Positions 20,261-30,870 are shown, counted from the first letter of the stretch. The stretch: DNA of 64,000 nucleotides from an uncultured Phycisphaerales bacterium (GCA_938084645.1 CALKEP010000008.1:96001-160000), one strand, 5' to 3'. Program-made: numbers and translations. Notes: generated from the letters alone by a model not told the origin.

Positions 20261-21985
20261 ATGGAGGCCTCCCCCGTGGTGCAGCGATTTCGAGATTCCA
20301 TCACCGAACTCTCTCGTCGACTCGGCGAGCTCGGGCCATCGGCCCGTCTGCTCATCGGCTCGCTCGCCATCATTCTCGCGATGGGGTTCTTCCTCGTCTC
20401 GCAGTATGCCGCGGGACCCTCGATGTCTCCCATCAAGGTTCGAATCGAAGACAAGGCCACGGCGATCTCCAAGGTTCGCGAACTCGGTTACGAGGTCGAG
20501 GACGGTGGGGCCGACGTGATCATGGTCGACGTCCGCGAGAAGCGGTCGATCGCCGAGATGCTGGAGAACGACGGACTCGCTCCGACGATCGACGATGCGC
20601 CGGCGGCGGCGGGGTCCGGGTCCTGGCAGGCCGAATCGGAGATGCAGGAGACCTGGCGACGCGCCCGCGTCTCGGAGGCCGAGAAGAACATCCGGATGAT
20701 CGAGGGCGTGGACGGCGTCAACATCCTCGTCTCGACCGGCAAGCGGAAGGCCTTCGTCATCGACGGCCCCGCGCCGAAGGCCAGCGTCAACGTCCGCATG
20801 AAGTCGCGGGAGCTGGACCGGTCCACCGCGGAGTCGATCGCCTACATCGCGCTCGCGGTCGAGAACGACCTGGAGCTCGACAACATCACGGTCGTCGATG
20901 GTGGAAACGGTCGGACCTTCACGTTCGGCGAGGACGGAAGCGGCACCGGCGGCGACTATCTCTCCAAGGTCCGGGACTTCGAACGGGACGCGATCGCCAG
21001 GCTCTCCCGGGTGGTCCGCGTCGCGTTTCCGCGGGCCATGGTCAGCGTGAACGCGCAGATCCTCGTCGCGGACATCAGCGAACAGAAGACCCAGATCGGC
21101 AAGCCGGTGAAGGCGGAGCGATCGAAGCGGACCAACGAGTCGCGGACGCCCGCGGGATCGGGCGTCGGCGGATCCCCCGGCTTCCGATCGAACGCGGGCA
21201 CGGCCCAGGCCCAGATGGGCGGGGTGGCTTCGATCAACGGCAATCCCGCGTCCGGCGTCGACGTCGCGACCCGCGAGACCGAGGAGATCGAGAACGTGGT
21301 CGGCGTGCCCGGCGTGCGGACCGACATCAGCCAGCGGGCGAATCATCCGGTCAAGGTCACCGCGGCGATCCTGCTGTCGGAGGCCGAGGTCAAGGCGGCG
21401 ATCCGGGCGAACGCCGGTGGGGGGCTCGGGGACGATGAAGGCGCGACGGAGGTGACCGCGGAGGAGCTCGAACTCGAGAAGACGCGGATCCGGACCGAGA
21501 TCATCGCCCTGCTCGAGCCGCTGGTCGACAATTCCAGCCTGCGGGATGGTGGTGTGGGCGAAGTGAAGGTCGCCATCATGCCCTTCGCCAGCGACGCTGG
21601 ACTCCAGGCCGCCGACACGACGTCGGTGGTCGAGACGTTCGCGGGGATCACCGAAGGCGACACGGGCCGGGCCCTGAAGAACGCCGGGCTCGTCGGACTG
21701 GCCCTCGTCTCGCTCGCGATGATGTTCATGATGGTCCGCCGCTCCTCGGAGCCCGAGGCGATGCCGACGGTCGACGAACTGGCGGGCGTCCCCCCGGTGC
21801 TGGAGGACGACGCGCAGGAGATCGTGGGTGAGGCGGACGAAGTGACGCCCGCGCTGGTCGGCGTCGAACTGGACGACGAGGAGCTGCGTCGGCAGCAGAT
21901 GCTCGACCAGCTGAACGAACTGATCAAGAAGGAGCCGTCCGAAGTCGCGACCCTCCTTCGGCGATGGATGAGGACGGAGGGCTGA
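20261..21985 (+). CDS. fliF: Flagellar MS-ring protein FliF (divergent)
   Basis: Two TM helices flanking a periplasmic region; KASVNV, NITVVD, G.GG.PG.RSN; C-terminal EVATLLRRW; lies between fliE and fliG. Confidence 0.82.
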   Translation: MEASPVVQRFRDSITELSRRLGELGPSARLLIGSLAIILAMGFFLVSQYAAGPSMSPIKVRIEDKATAISKVRELGYEVEDGGADVIMVDVREKRSIAEMLENDGLAPTIDDAPAAAGSGSWQAESEMQETWRRARVSEAEKNIRMIEGVDGVNILVSTGKRKAFVIDGPAPKASVNVRMKSRELDRSTAESIAYIALAVENDLELDNITVVDGGNGRTFTFGEDGSGTGGDYLSKVRDFERDAIARLSRVVRVAFPRAMVSVNAQILVADISEQKTQIGKPVKAERSKRTNESRTPAGSGVGGSPGFRSNAGTAQAQMGGVASINGNPASGVDVATRETEEIENVVGVPGVRTDISQRANHPVKVTAAILLSEAEVKAAIRANAGGGLGDDEGATEVTAEELELEKTRIRTEIIALLEPLVDNSSLRDGGVGEVKVAIMPFASDAGLQAADTTSVVETFAGITEGDTGRALKNAGLVGLALVSLAMMFMMVRRSSEPEAMPTVDELAGVPPVLEDDAQEIVGEADEVTPALVGVELDDEELRRQQMLDQLNELIKKEPSEVATLLRRWMRTEG

Positions 21986-22011
21986 CCAGCGATGCCGGAG
22001 ACCGAACGCTC

Positions 22012-23052
22012 ATGACGATCCGACCGGGACAGAAACTCCCCGAGCTCGCCGACGAACTCGACGGCGTGGTGAAGAGTGCCGTGCTGCTCCTGCTGCTCGA
22101 TCCCGATGCGGCGGGTGCGATTCTCCGCGAACTCCCCACCGAATCGGTGGAGGAGGTCACCCGCGCCCTCGCGTCGCTGGGTGACGTTCCCTCTCAGCTG
22201 GGCGAAGGGATCGTCAACGAGTTCTACGGACTCGCGATGGCCCAGGGCTGGGCCCGTGAAGGTGGGCTCGACTACGCCACCCGGCTGCTGAAGGACTCGC
22301 TCGAGGGCGGGGTGGCGGACCGCGTGATCCAGCAGATCCAGACCCAGGTGCAGCGGACGCCCTTCGCGTTCCTGCAGAAGGCCGAGACGGAGAACCTGCT
22401 CACCTTCATCCAGGACGAGCATCCCCAGACCATCGCGCTCATCGTCAGCCACCTGCCGCATCACAAGGCCTCCGAGATTCTCGGCGGGCTTCCGGAGGAG
22501 CGGCAGATCGAGGTCGTCCGGCGGGTCGCGAACATGGAGCAGACCAACCCCGAGGTCATCCGCGAGGTCGAACGCGGGCTGGAGGCCAGGTTGAGCAACA
22601 TGATCATGCACTCCACCGAGCGGGTCGGCGGCGTCGACACCGTCGCCGAGATCCTGAACCTGTGCGATCGCAACACCGAGCGATCGATCATGGAGGGTGT
22701 GGAGTCGGAGGACCCCGATCTCGTCGAGGAGATCCGCCGGCTCATGTTCGTCTTCGACGACATCAAGCTCGTCGACGACAAGGGCATCCAGCGGATGCTG
22801 AAGGAGATCGAGAACGACGAACTCTGCCTGGCGCTGAAGATGGCGTCTCCGGAGCTCACGGAGAAGATCCTCGGAAACATGTCCAGTCGCGCGTCCGAGA
22901 TGATCAAGGACGACATGGAATTCATGGGGCCCGTCCGGGTGAGCGACGTCGAGACCGCGCAGCAGCGGATCGTGGACGTCGTCCGGCGGCTCGAGGACGC
23001 CGGCGAGATCGTCATCGCGGGTCGTGGTGGTGGGGGCGACGTGGTCGTCTGA
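22012..23052 (+). CDS. fliG: Flagellar motor switch protein FliG
   Basis: KSAVLLL, GGLDYA, PFAFL, EHPQTIA, MFVFDDI, NMSSRA, GPVRVSDVETAQ. Confidence 0.97.
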   Translation: MTIRPGQKLPELADELDGVVKSAVLLLLLDPDAAGAILRELPTESVEEVTRALASLGDVPSQLGEGIVNEFYGLAMAQGWAREGGLDYATRLLKDSLEGGVADRVIQQIQTQVQRTPFAFLQKAETENLLTFIQDEHPQTIALIVSHLPHHKASEILGGLPEERQIEVVRRVANMEQTNPEVIREVERGLEARLSNMIMHSTERVGGVDTVAEILNLCDRNTERSIMEGVESEDPDLVEEIRRLMFVFDDIKLVDDKGIQRMLKEIENDELCLALKMASPELTEKILGNMSSRASEMIKDDMEFMGPVRVSDVETAQQRIVDVVRRLEDAGEIVIAGRGGGGDVVV

Positions 23053-23067
23053 CCCGGGAGACTCTCG

Positions 23068-23856
23068 TTGCCGATCGTCAAGAACGCACAAGCTCGTGAA
23101 CTGCTCGGATCCGCGGTCGTCCTCGACCTCGCGGACGTGCGTCGCGAAGCCGTGGAGCTCGTCGCGTCGGCCCGGCTCGAAGCGGATGCGATCCTCGCGG
23201 CCGCTCGCGAGGAGGCGGCCCGTCTCGCGGGCGACGCGGCCGGGACCGGCCGCGCCGAAGGACTCGAGGCGGGGCTCGCGGAAGGTCGGGAGGCGGGACT
23301 CGAAGCGGGCCGGACGGAAGGACGTGCCGAGGCCATGGCCTCGATGTCGGAACGACTGGAAGCGATCGCGAGCGGCTGGAGCGAATCCCTCGAAGCATTC
23401 CTCGCAAGCCGCGACACCCTTCGCGAGGAGGCTCGTCGCGACCTGCTTCGGCTATCGATCGCGATCGCGGAGCGGGTCTTGGGGCGACTGCCGGCCCACG
23501 ATCCCGGCCGCGTCGCCGAACACGCCGCGGCGGCGATCGACATGCTCGCCGCAGCGACCGCGATCCGCCTCCGGGTGCATCCCGAGGATCTCGAGATCGT
23601 GAAGGTCCATTTCGAGGACGTGCTCGGCATCGTGGGCGCCGGTTCGGATCACGACCTGATCTTCGAGACGGACGCGGCGATCGTTCGCGGTGGCTGCGTG
23701 GCGGCCGCGGCGGACGGCGAGGTCGACGCGAGGCTGGATGTCCAGATGTCGCGCATCGTGAAGGGGCTCTTTCCGGAACTGCTCGAGTCACCGTCGGTGG
23801 ACGACGACACCGGAGATCGCGAGCCTCCGTCGGCGACCGCGGAGGAAGGCGAATGA
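23068..23856 (+). CDS. fliH: Flagellar assembly protein FliH
   Basis: AxxxGxxxG repeats (GRAEGLEAGLAEGREAG), RVHPED, RGGCV..GEVDAR; TTG start. Confidence 0.9.
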   Translation: MPIVKNAQARELLGSAVVLDLADVRREAVELVASARLEADAILAAAREEAARLAGDAAGTGRAEGLEAGLAEGREAGLEAGRTEGRAEAMASMSERLEAIASGWSESLEAFLASRDTLREEARRDLLRLSIAIAERVLGRLPAHDPGRVAEHAAAAIDMLAAATAIRLRVHPEDLEIVKVHFEDVLGIVGAGSDHDLIFETDAAIVRGGCVAAAADGEVDARLDVQMSRIVKGLFPELLESPSVDDDTGDREPPSATAEEGE

Positions 23857-25211
23857 CGTTCCTCGAAGCCGCCGTCGACACGGTTCGAAGTTTCGAGTCC
23901 CGGGCGATCGTCGGGACCGTGGACGCGGTCCGCGGCCTCACGGTCCTGGTCCGCCGCTTTCGCGTGCCGATCGGCTCCGTGGTTCGCATCGGTGGTGACG
24001 ACCCGCGACGGGAGGGCGTGCTCGGCGAGGTCGTCGGCTTCGACGAGACCCGGGCGATCGTGATGCTCCTTGGTGGAGCGACGGGCACGTCGCCGGGGGA
24101 CCGGGTGCATCTCGAACGGGTGAGCGACTCGATGATGGTGGGGGATGCGCTGCTCGGCCGGGTCGTCGACGGGCTCGGGAATCCCATCGACGGTGGCCCG
24201 CCGCCGTCGGGACTGAACCCGCGGCCGCTCTTCCCGCCGATTCTCAATCCGATGGCACGAGGCATGATCTCGGAGCCGCTCGGCACCGGCCTGCGGGCGC
24301 TCGACGGACTTCTGACCATCGGGAAAGGCCAGCGGATCGGCATCTTTTCCGGGGCGGGGGTGGGCAAGAGCACGCTGCTGTCGGGAATCGCCCGGGGGAC
24401 GAGTGCCGATGTGAACGTGATCGCCCTCGTCGGGGAACGTGGTCGCGAGGTCAAGGAGTTCATCGTCGACGCGCTGGGTGGCGAGGGGCTCGCCCGCTCC
24501 GTCGTCGTCGTCGCGACGGGCGACGAGAGTCCGTTGCTTCGAGTGCGGGCGATGGCCGCCGCGATCACCGCCGCGGAGCACTTCCGTGATCGCGGACTCG
24601 ACGTGATGCTGATGGTCGATTCGGTGACGCGGTTCGCACAGGCCCAGCGTCAGATCGGCCTCGCCGCCGGCGAGCAGCCGGCCACCAAGGGCTACACGCC
24701 TTCGGTGTTCTCGCTGCTGCCGCAACTCCTCGAACGGGCGGGCGGCATCGACGGCGCCGGCTCGATCACCGGGATCTACACCGTGCTGGTGGAAGGCGAC
24801 GACCTCAACGAGCCGGTGGCGGACGCCGCCCGCGGCATTCTCGACGGGCACGTAGTGCTCAGCCGGCGGCTCGCCGCCCGCGGTCACTTCCCCGCCATCG
24901 AGCCGCTCGACTCCATCTCCCGGGTCGCGGACCAGGTGAGCGAACCGAACCACGAGGTCGCGCGGCGGCGGGTGATCGAACTGCTTGCGGCCTACCGCGA
25001 GAGCGAGGAGTTGATCAACATCGGCGCCTACGCGAAGGGGTCGAATCCGATGACCGACGTGGCGATCGCCCTTCGTCCGCGGCTGGATGCCTTTCTCCGG
25101 CAGGAACGGGACGAACGATCGGCCTTTCCCGACACCTGCCGGGCGTTGTACGAACTCGCCGCCGAGAGCGAGCGGCTCCGACAGGCGGCCACCGCCGCGA
25201 CCGCGTCCTGA
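23853..25211 (+). CDS. fliI: Flagellar export ATPase FliI
   Basis: GQRIGIFSGAGVGKS, LVGERGREV, MVDSVTRFA, LLERAG, ILDGHVVLSR. Confidence 0.97.
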   Translation: MTFLEAAVDTVRSFESRAIVGTVDAVRGLTVLVRRFRVPIGSVVRIGGDDPRREGVLGEVVGFDETRAIVMLLGGATGTSPGDRVHLERVSDSMMVGDALLGRVVDGLGNPIDGGPPPSGLNPRPLFPPILNPMARGMISEPLGTGLRALDGLLTIGKGQRIGIFSGAGVGKSTLLSGIARGTSADVNVIALVGERGREVKEFIVDALGGEGLARSVVVVATGDESPLLRVRAMAAAITAAEHFRDRGLDVMLMVDSVTRFAQAQRQIGLAAGEQPATKGYTPSVFSLLPQLLERAGGIDGAGSITGIYTVLVEGDDLNEPVADAARGILDGHVVLSRRLAARGHFPAIEPLDSISRVADQVSEPNHEVARRRVIELLAAYRESEELINIGAYAKGSNPMTDVAIALRPRLDAFLRQERDERSAFPDTCRALYELAAESERLRQAATAATAS

Positions 25212-25228
25212 TCAGAGGTACCTCGTCC

Positions 25229-25684
25229 ATGCCCCGATTCCGCTTCCAACTGCAGGCCGTGCTCGACGCCAGGCTTCGCGCCGAACGGGAGGAACGACGT
25301 CGCGTGGCGGAGCTGGAGGCGTCGCGACGTCTTCTGGAGGACGGGCTGCGGCGACGCCAGTCCCAGATCGGCGAATCGAGGTCCCAGCTTCGAGGCCGGT
25401 TGGAAGGGCGAATCGACGCTTCAAGTCTCCGTGGTCAGGCCAATGCTTCGCTCGCCGAGATGCGGGACGCCCAGCGGGTGGTCCTCGAACTGGCGGGGAT
25501 CCATCGGCGGCTGGAGGCGCTTCGCGAGGATCTGCGGAAGGCCTCCCGGGCGCGACGCGCCGTCGAGATCCTCAAGGAACGTCGATTCGAGGCGTGGCGA
25601 CGCGAAGAGGATCGCCGTGAGCAGGCCGAATTCGATGAAATGGCCGTGATCCGCGGATCACGACGACAGGTGGAGGCACGCTGA
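25229..25684 (+). CDS. fliJ: Flagellar export protein FliJ
   Basis: FRFQLQAVLD at the N-terminus, coiled coil, EQAEFDE at the C-terminus. Confidence 0.9.
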   Translation: MPRFRFQLQAVLDARLRAEREERRRVAELEASRRLLEDGLRRRQSQIGESRSQLRGRLEGRIDASSLRGQANASLAEMRDAQRVVLELAGIHRRLEALREDLRKASRARRAVEILKERRFEAWRREEDRREQAEFDEMAVIRGSRRQVEAR

Positions 25685-26445
25685 TGCGAACGATCTGGAA
25701 CATGGTGGCCTTTCTCGCCGTGGTGAATCTCCTTGCGATCGGACTCGCGGTCGGGTGGCTGGGTTGGACGGGACGTCTCGATCGCGCTCGAGTCGACGAG
25801 GTTCGCGAACTCTTCAGGATTCCGACCTCGGAAGCCGCGCGACTCGTCAGTGAGCGAGCCGCGTTCGAGGCGCAGGCCGCGGAGGAGGCGATCGAACTCG
25901 AACGCTGGGGGCAGATGCCCTTCTCGACGGAAGGAGCGATCGACGCGCAGGAGCAGTACCGCGAACTCGAGCGACTCGGACAGGCACGCCTGCAGCGTCA
26001 GGCCGAGACGCTCAAGCGGGAGATCGATCAACAGGCGTCCCAGTACGACCGGATCCTCGTGGCGAAGTCCGCGGCACTCGACGCGCGGGAGGCGAGGATC
26101 GCCACGATGGAAGCGAGGTCCCGGGATGCCGAGTTCGTCCGACTGGTGGGTGATGTCGGGGCGATCGAGATCGATTCGGCGATCGCGGTGGTCGAGGACT
26201 TCCTCGCCAGGGACGAGGAGGTCCTCGTGGTCGACCTGCTCGCGGCGGTCGACGAGGAGCGCCGACAGGAGATCCTCGAAGGCTTCGTCGAACGGGGCAA
26301 GACCGCGATGGCAGGGGACTTGCTCTTGAAACTCCGAGATCGAACCGCGATCGACGCGGTGGATCCGGAGAACCCCGATGCAGGCGATGCCGATTCAACC
26401 CGCGATTCAGCCTCCAACGCCCCGAGAGGCGGATTCCAGGCCTGA
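25684..26445 (+). CDS. Membrane-anchored coiled-coil flagellar protein (YlxF/FlbB/MotE-like position)
   Basis: N-terminal TM, long coiled coil, helical C-terminal domain; between fliJ and fliK. Confidence 0.6.
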   Translation: MRTIWNMVAFLAVVNLLAIGLAVGWLGWTGRLDRARVDEVRELFRIPTSEAARLVSERAAFEAQAAEEAIELERWGQMPFSTEGAIDAQEQYRELERLGQARLQRQAETLKREIDQQASQYDRILVAKSAALDAREARIATMEARSRDAEFVRLVGDVGAIEIDSAIAVVEDFLARDEEVLVVDLLAAVDEERRQEILEGFVERGKTAMAGDLLLKLRDRTAIDAVDPENPDAGDADSTRDSASNAPRGGFQA

Positions 26446-27955
26446 CCAGCCGCCGTTCGCGGGGACCCTCGAGGACGCCTCGCGGTCCTTCTCCCCGGGG
26501 CGCGAAGATGGCATGCGGCGCGAAACCGGCGCGAGCGAGTCCGCGGATCCTGCGCCCCCGGCGACCGTCGGACCCGCCGAGCCCTCGACACGACCGACCG
26601 ACGACGCCGACGGCGATGCCGTCCGAAACGACGACCGTGACCCCGTGAACGTCGACGCGCCATCGAGTGCGCCGGGGGACGCGGCCGATGAGTCGGATCA
26701 GGCGCACGCCGGCGTGAACACTCCCGCCGCGTCGATGGGATCCGGCGATCCCGGGCCGTTCGTGGAGAAGGGGACTCCGGCCGGCGCCGTGACCACCTTC
26801 GAGGGCATCGGAGATCGTGGCGATGCCGCGGTCGCCAGCGGGGACGGCTCGACGCGTCTCCGCGGAACCGGAGCCCCGGGTGTGGATGCCGGGCGCGGAA
26901 CGTCGCCGCAGGCGGCCATCCCGACCCACCTCGACTCCAATGCCGATCCGTCGACGTCCACGGCGACTTCCGGGCAGGGCCTGGTCACCGCGACCGCCGC
27001 GGCGTCCGCGACCAACGGCGTTCGAACCACGAGCGACCGACGACTCACCGCAGGGATCGCATCGGGTGGATCGACCCCCGCCGCGACCTCCACCACCACC
27101 TCGACCCCGACCTCCATGGTCGATGGGGCGAAGGCGATTCCCGATGGCATGCGTGGGGTCGATCCGGCGGTGGTGAACGACCTCGGCCCGCGATCAAAGG
27201 GATCCGCCACTGAGGAGAAGCCCACGCGGCCGCGGGGAGCCAGCGCCGTGGTCCGCGCGGCCGAGATGAACACGGAACTTCGAAACGCCCGAGCCGAGGG
27301 TGATGCGAGCCAGGGCTCGAGGCCGGGCCAATCGCAGGGATCGACGGGCTTCGCCGCGGCCGGTTCGATGTCGGTCGCCGCCGCGAGCTCCGGGCCGGCA
27401 TCGCCCGGACCGGAAGCGCAGTCCCTGCCGAACGGACCGGCGTCGGTTGCGCCGATGGAGGCAGGAGCGGAGTCTGGACGCACCGTCGCCGGGGTGGCGC
27501 GGGGCCTTCAAGCGCTGAGCTCGCAGCGGGGTGGAACCCTCGTGATGCGGCTGGATCCGGGAAATCTCGGTCAGGTGCGAATGGAAATGAGCCTCGACGC
27601 CGGCCGGGTGCAGGTGGTCATCGCGGCCGCCGGGGATGCGGCACGCGGGTTGCTTCGTGAGAACCTGGGTGTGTTGCGACACGCCCTCGAGGATCGCGGC
27701 TTCGCGGTCGAGCGACTCACGGTCGAGTCGACGGCCCGCACCACCGCGGACTCGTCGGGGCCTCGCGGGGATTCCCGCGGCGACGGGCAGGATGCCCGCG
27801 GAGGCCAGGGATCGTCCGATCGGCAGGATGCCTCGGACGAGCGAAGTCGGGGACGACGCGACGACGCGACGCACCGACGATCGGAACGGGGCCGGTCCGA
27901 TTCGGACCGCTTCGATGAGGTGCTCGCCGGGTCCGGCGGCACTTCGAGCGAGTGA
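26378..27955 (+). CDS. fliK: Flagellar hook-length control protein FliK (start uncertain)
   Basis: Low-complexity A/T/S/P-rich N-terminus; C-terminal MRLDPGNLGQVRM...LRHALEDRGFAV. Confidence 0.88.
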   Translation: MQAMPIQPAIQPPTPREADSRPDQPPFAGTLEDASRSFSPGREDGMRRETGASESADPAPPATVGPAEPSTRPTDDADGDAVRNDDRDPVNVDAPSSAPGDAADESDQAHAGVNTPAASMGSGDPGPFVEKGTPAGAVTTFEGIGDRGDAAVASGDGSTRLRGTGAPGVDAGRGTSPQAAIPTHLDSNADPSTSTATSGQGLVTATAAASATNGVRTTSDRRLTAGIASGGSTPAATSTTTSTPTSMVDGAKAIPDGMRGVDPAVVNDLGPRSKGSATEEKPTRPRGASAVVRAAEMNTELRNARAEGDASQGSRPGQSQGSTGFAAAGSMSVAAASSGPASPGPEAQSLPNGPASVAPMEAGAESGRTVAGVARGLQALSSQRGGTLVMRLDPGNLGQVRMEMSLDAGRVQVVIAAAGDAARGLLRENLGVLRHALEDRGFAVERLTVESTARTTADSSGPRGDSRGDGQDARGGQGSSDRQDASDERSRGRRDDATHRRSERGRSDSDRFDEVLAGSGGTSSE

Positions 27956-27973
27956 GTCACGGAGGTTTCTTCC

Positions 27974-28393
27974 ATGAGTGCGATTCCATCGGCAGCATCG
28001 AGCGTGGCGGGCAACTCCGGCGTCAATCGATTCAACGAGATGTCCTCCGAGGACTTCATGCAGATCATCTTCACGGAACTGCAGCAGCAGGATCCGTTCG
28101 AGCCCAACGACTCCTCCGCGCTGCTCGATCAGTTGAATTCGATCCGCCAGATCGAATCCGACATCTCGATGACCGAGAAGCTCGAGAACATCGTCTTCCA
28201 GAACCAGCTCTCCTCCGCGGGCAATCTGCTCGGCAAGACCGTCCAGGGCATCCTGCCCACCGGCGATCGAACCGCGGGTTCGGTGCTCTCCGTGCTGCGT
28301 GAGGGCGACACCGTGTCGCTCGAACTGAGCAGCGGCTACCTCCTGCCCATGGACAACGTCGAGATCATCGTCGACCCCAGCACGCTTCCCTGA
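27974..28393 (+). CDS. flgD: Flagellar hook capping protein FlgD (short form)
   Basis: EDFMQIIFTELQQQDPFEPND...QL; NLLGKTV. Confidence 0.9.
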   Translation: MSAIPSAASSVAGNSGVNRFNEMSSEDFMQIIFTELQQQDPFEPNDSSALLDQLNSIRQIESDISMTEKLENIVFQNQLSSAGNLLGKTVQGILPTGDRTAGSVLSVLREGDTVSLELSSGYLLPMDNVEIIVDPSTLP

Positions 28394-28457
28394 TCATCGT
28401 TCGATCCGCGCTCGATCCGTTCTCACCCCGCCTCGGGACCCATCCGGAAACCCGCAC

Positions 28458-28982
28458 GTGAACATCGATCCCCGACAACTTCTCCGACGACTGGAACCGG
28501 CGGTCCGACCCGCCGGGAACGTCTCGTCGGCGGAGGGCCGGGCGTCGGTCGACACCGCGGGCTTCGACGATCTCCTCGCCCGCGCCGCCGACGGCGAGTT
28601 CGCGAGCGGTCGTTCGATCGACCAGGCGGGGCTCGACGAGCCGGTCGAGGAAGGGTTCGCCGAGCGGCTCGCCGGCATCGCCGACGCCGCGGAGGCCGCG
28701 GGCTACCAGCGGGTACTCGTGATCGCCGAGGACCGACCGCTCCTGCTCGAGGTCGCGGAACGCCGGATCGACGGCGAGCTCGCCGCCGACGACGCATCCT
28801 TCACGCCGCTGCTTCCGATCGACGCCGCGGTCCGACTCGGCGGCGACGCCGAGGTCACGCCCACGACCGCCACCGGGCCGGTCGCCACCAGTCTTCCCCC
28901 CGGGATCGTCGAGGCGCTCGAACGCGGCTCCAGCGGTCCGGAATCCGAATCACCGTCCATCACACGCGACGACGCGGCCTGA
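28458..28982 (+). CDS. Hypothetical flagellar-operon protein
   Basis: 174-aa ORF (GTG start) between flgD and flgE with typical codon usage. Confidence 0.65.
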   Translation: MNIDPRQLLRRLEPAVRPAGNVSSAEGRASVDTAGFDDLLARAADGEFASGRSIDQAGLDEPVEEGFAERLAGIADAAEAAGYQRVLVIAEDRPLLLEVAERRIDGELAADDASFTPLLPIDAAVRLGGDAEVTPTTATGPVATSLPPGIVEALERGSSGPESESPSITRDDAA

Positions 28983-29009
28983 GCCGCCGAGCGAGTCCAG
29001 GAGTCCGAC

Positions 29010-30749
29010 ATGGCATCCACCACCGCACTCTTCACCGGTCTTTCCGGTCTCACCAGCAACTCGCGTCGTCTCGACGTGATCGGCAACAACATCGCCAACG
29101 TCAACACGACGGCCTACAAGTCGAATCGCATGACGTTCGCGCCGACCTTCAGTCGCAACTTCTCGCTCGGCACCGCGCCGGGCGACGCGACCGGTGGCAG
29201 CAACCCCGGCCAGATCGGCCTCGGCGTCACCATCGGCGGCACCCAGCGCAACTTCACCAACGGTGCGATCGGAGTCACCGGCGTGGCGACCGATCTCGCG
29301 ATCGAGGGTGACGGCTTCTTCATCGTGAACCAGGCGGGTTCGCGGTACTTCACCCGGTCGGGCGGCTTCATCCGAAACCCCGAGAACGATCTGATGACCC
29401 AGTCCGGGGCGAAGGTCATGGGCTACGAGGTCGACGACCAGTTCAACATCGTCGAGGGCAACCTCGCGGAACTGAACATCCCGGTGGGAACGCTGACCCT
29501 CGCCGAGCAGACCAGCAACGTGATCTTCAACGGCAACCTGAACGCGTCCGGCGAGATCGCCACCACCGGTTCGGTGCACGAGTCCCGAGCGTTCTACACC
29601 GATGCCGGCGGCACCACCCCGGTCGACGCGTCGACCCAGTTCGGTGTCCAGGACATCTACGTGAGCGACGGGGCGGGCGGCTTCACCCTCGCCTTCGAAG
29701 CGGCTTCGGTGGTCGGCAGCACGATCACCATCGCCGGGGTCGAGAAGGGCGGCAAGGATCTGGGATCCGCCAGCTTCGAGATCACCAGCCTCGCGACGAC
29801 CTTCGGCGACTACGTCGACTTCCTCGACGAGTACCTCGGCACCGACTCCACCGCGATCGGCAGTGTCAGCGATCTCGGTGGCTCGGTCGTGATCGGCGCA
29901 GACGGTTCGATCGTGATCACCGGCAACGAAGGCACGGTGCAGGATCTCGACATCGAGACCGGTGACATCACCATCGACACCCCGGGTGCCGGGCTCGCCA
30001 ACCCCCTCGTGATGTCCAAGATCTCCGACGCGGAGGGCGAGAGCGTCCGGACGAGCTTCGTGGTCTACGACTCGCTGGGCACGCCGCTCACCATCGATCT
30101 CTCCTTCGTGCTGCAGGGCACCCAGGCCTCCGGTGGCACGACCTGGGAGTTCGTCGCCGAGTCCAGCGACAACGACGCCGCCGACCGCCTCCTCGCCCTC
30201 GGCGAGGTCAGCTTCGATGCGAACGGTCGATTCGTCGGTGCGACCAACCAGAGCTTCTCGATCCAGCGGGCGAACGGTGCGGTCAACCCGCTCACCGTCA
30301 ACATGGACTTCGACAGCGGCACCGACTCGGTGTCGAGCTTCACCGACAGCGCGAGCAACTTCGCGGCCGTCTATCAGGACGGCTCGCCGATCGGGACCCT
30401 CGGTTCGTTCTCCATCGGCGAGGACGGGATGATCTCCGGTTCCTTCACCAACGGGCTCACCCGCACCATCGGTCAGGTCGCGCTCGCCAAGTTCTCCAAC
30501 CCGGAAGGACTGGTCGACGTCGGCGACAACCTCTTCGGCAGCGGCCCGAACTCGGGCACGCCGCTGATCGCGACCGCCCGGGAGTTCGGCACCGGCCGGA
30601 TCGTGGGGGGCGCCCTCGAACTCTCCAACGTGGACCTCTCGCAGGAGTTCATCGACATGATCCTCGCGTCGACCGGCTATTCGGCCGCAAGTCGGGTGAT
30701 CACGACGACCGATGAACTGATGACGCAGCTGCTCGCCCTCGGTCGTTGA
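29010..30749 (+). CDS. flgE: Flagellar hook protein FlgE
   Basis: LDVIGNNIANVNTTAYK, DLAIEGDGFF, TRSGGF, GNLNA, VYDSLG, LELSNVDLSQEF. Confidence 0.96.
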   Translation: MASTTALFTGLSGLTSNSRRLDVIGNNIANVNTTAYKSNRMTFAPTFSRNFSLGTAPGDATGGSNPGQIGLGVTIGGTQRNFTNGAIGVTGVATDLAIEGDGFFIVNQAGSRYFTRSGGFIRNPENDLMTQSGAKVMGYEVDDQFNIVEGNLAELNIPVGTLTLAEQTSNVIFNGNLNASGEIATTGSVHESRAFYTDAGGTTPVDASTQFGVQDIYVSDGAGGFTLAFEAASVVGSTITIAGVEKGGKDLGSASFEITSLATTFGDYVDFLDEYLGTDSTAIGSVSDLGGSVVIGADGSIVITGNEGTVQDLDIETGDITIDTPGAGLANPLVMSKISDAEGESVRTSFVVYDSLGTPLTIDLSFVLQGTQASGGTTWEFVAESSDNDAADRLLALGEVSFDANGRFVGATNQSFSIQRANGAVNPLTVNMDFDSGTDSVSSFTDSASNFAAVYQDGSPIGTLGSFSIGEDGMISGSFTNGLTRTIGQVALAKFSNPEGLVDVGDNLFGSGPNSGTPLIATAREFGTGRIVGGALELSNVDLSQEFIDMILASTGYSAASRVITTTDELMTQLLALGR

Positions 30750-30870
30750 CGATCGAAGGGCCGAGTCGCTCGAAGACGACGAGCCCACCGCGGTCGCGGG
30801 CGCCCGAGGGGACGCCTTCGGCCGCGGTTCGTCTTTCCCGGGCGAGCGGTTCGAATAGCATGGAGCGACG

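Noticed and set aside
23230..23330. 12-nt periodic repeats in fliH
   Set aside because: Explained by the known FliH AxxxGxxxG protein repeats
23853..25211. FliI as evidence of a non-flagellar type III secretion system
   Set aside because: It is flanked by rod, hook, cap and switch genes, so it is flagellar
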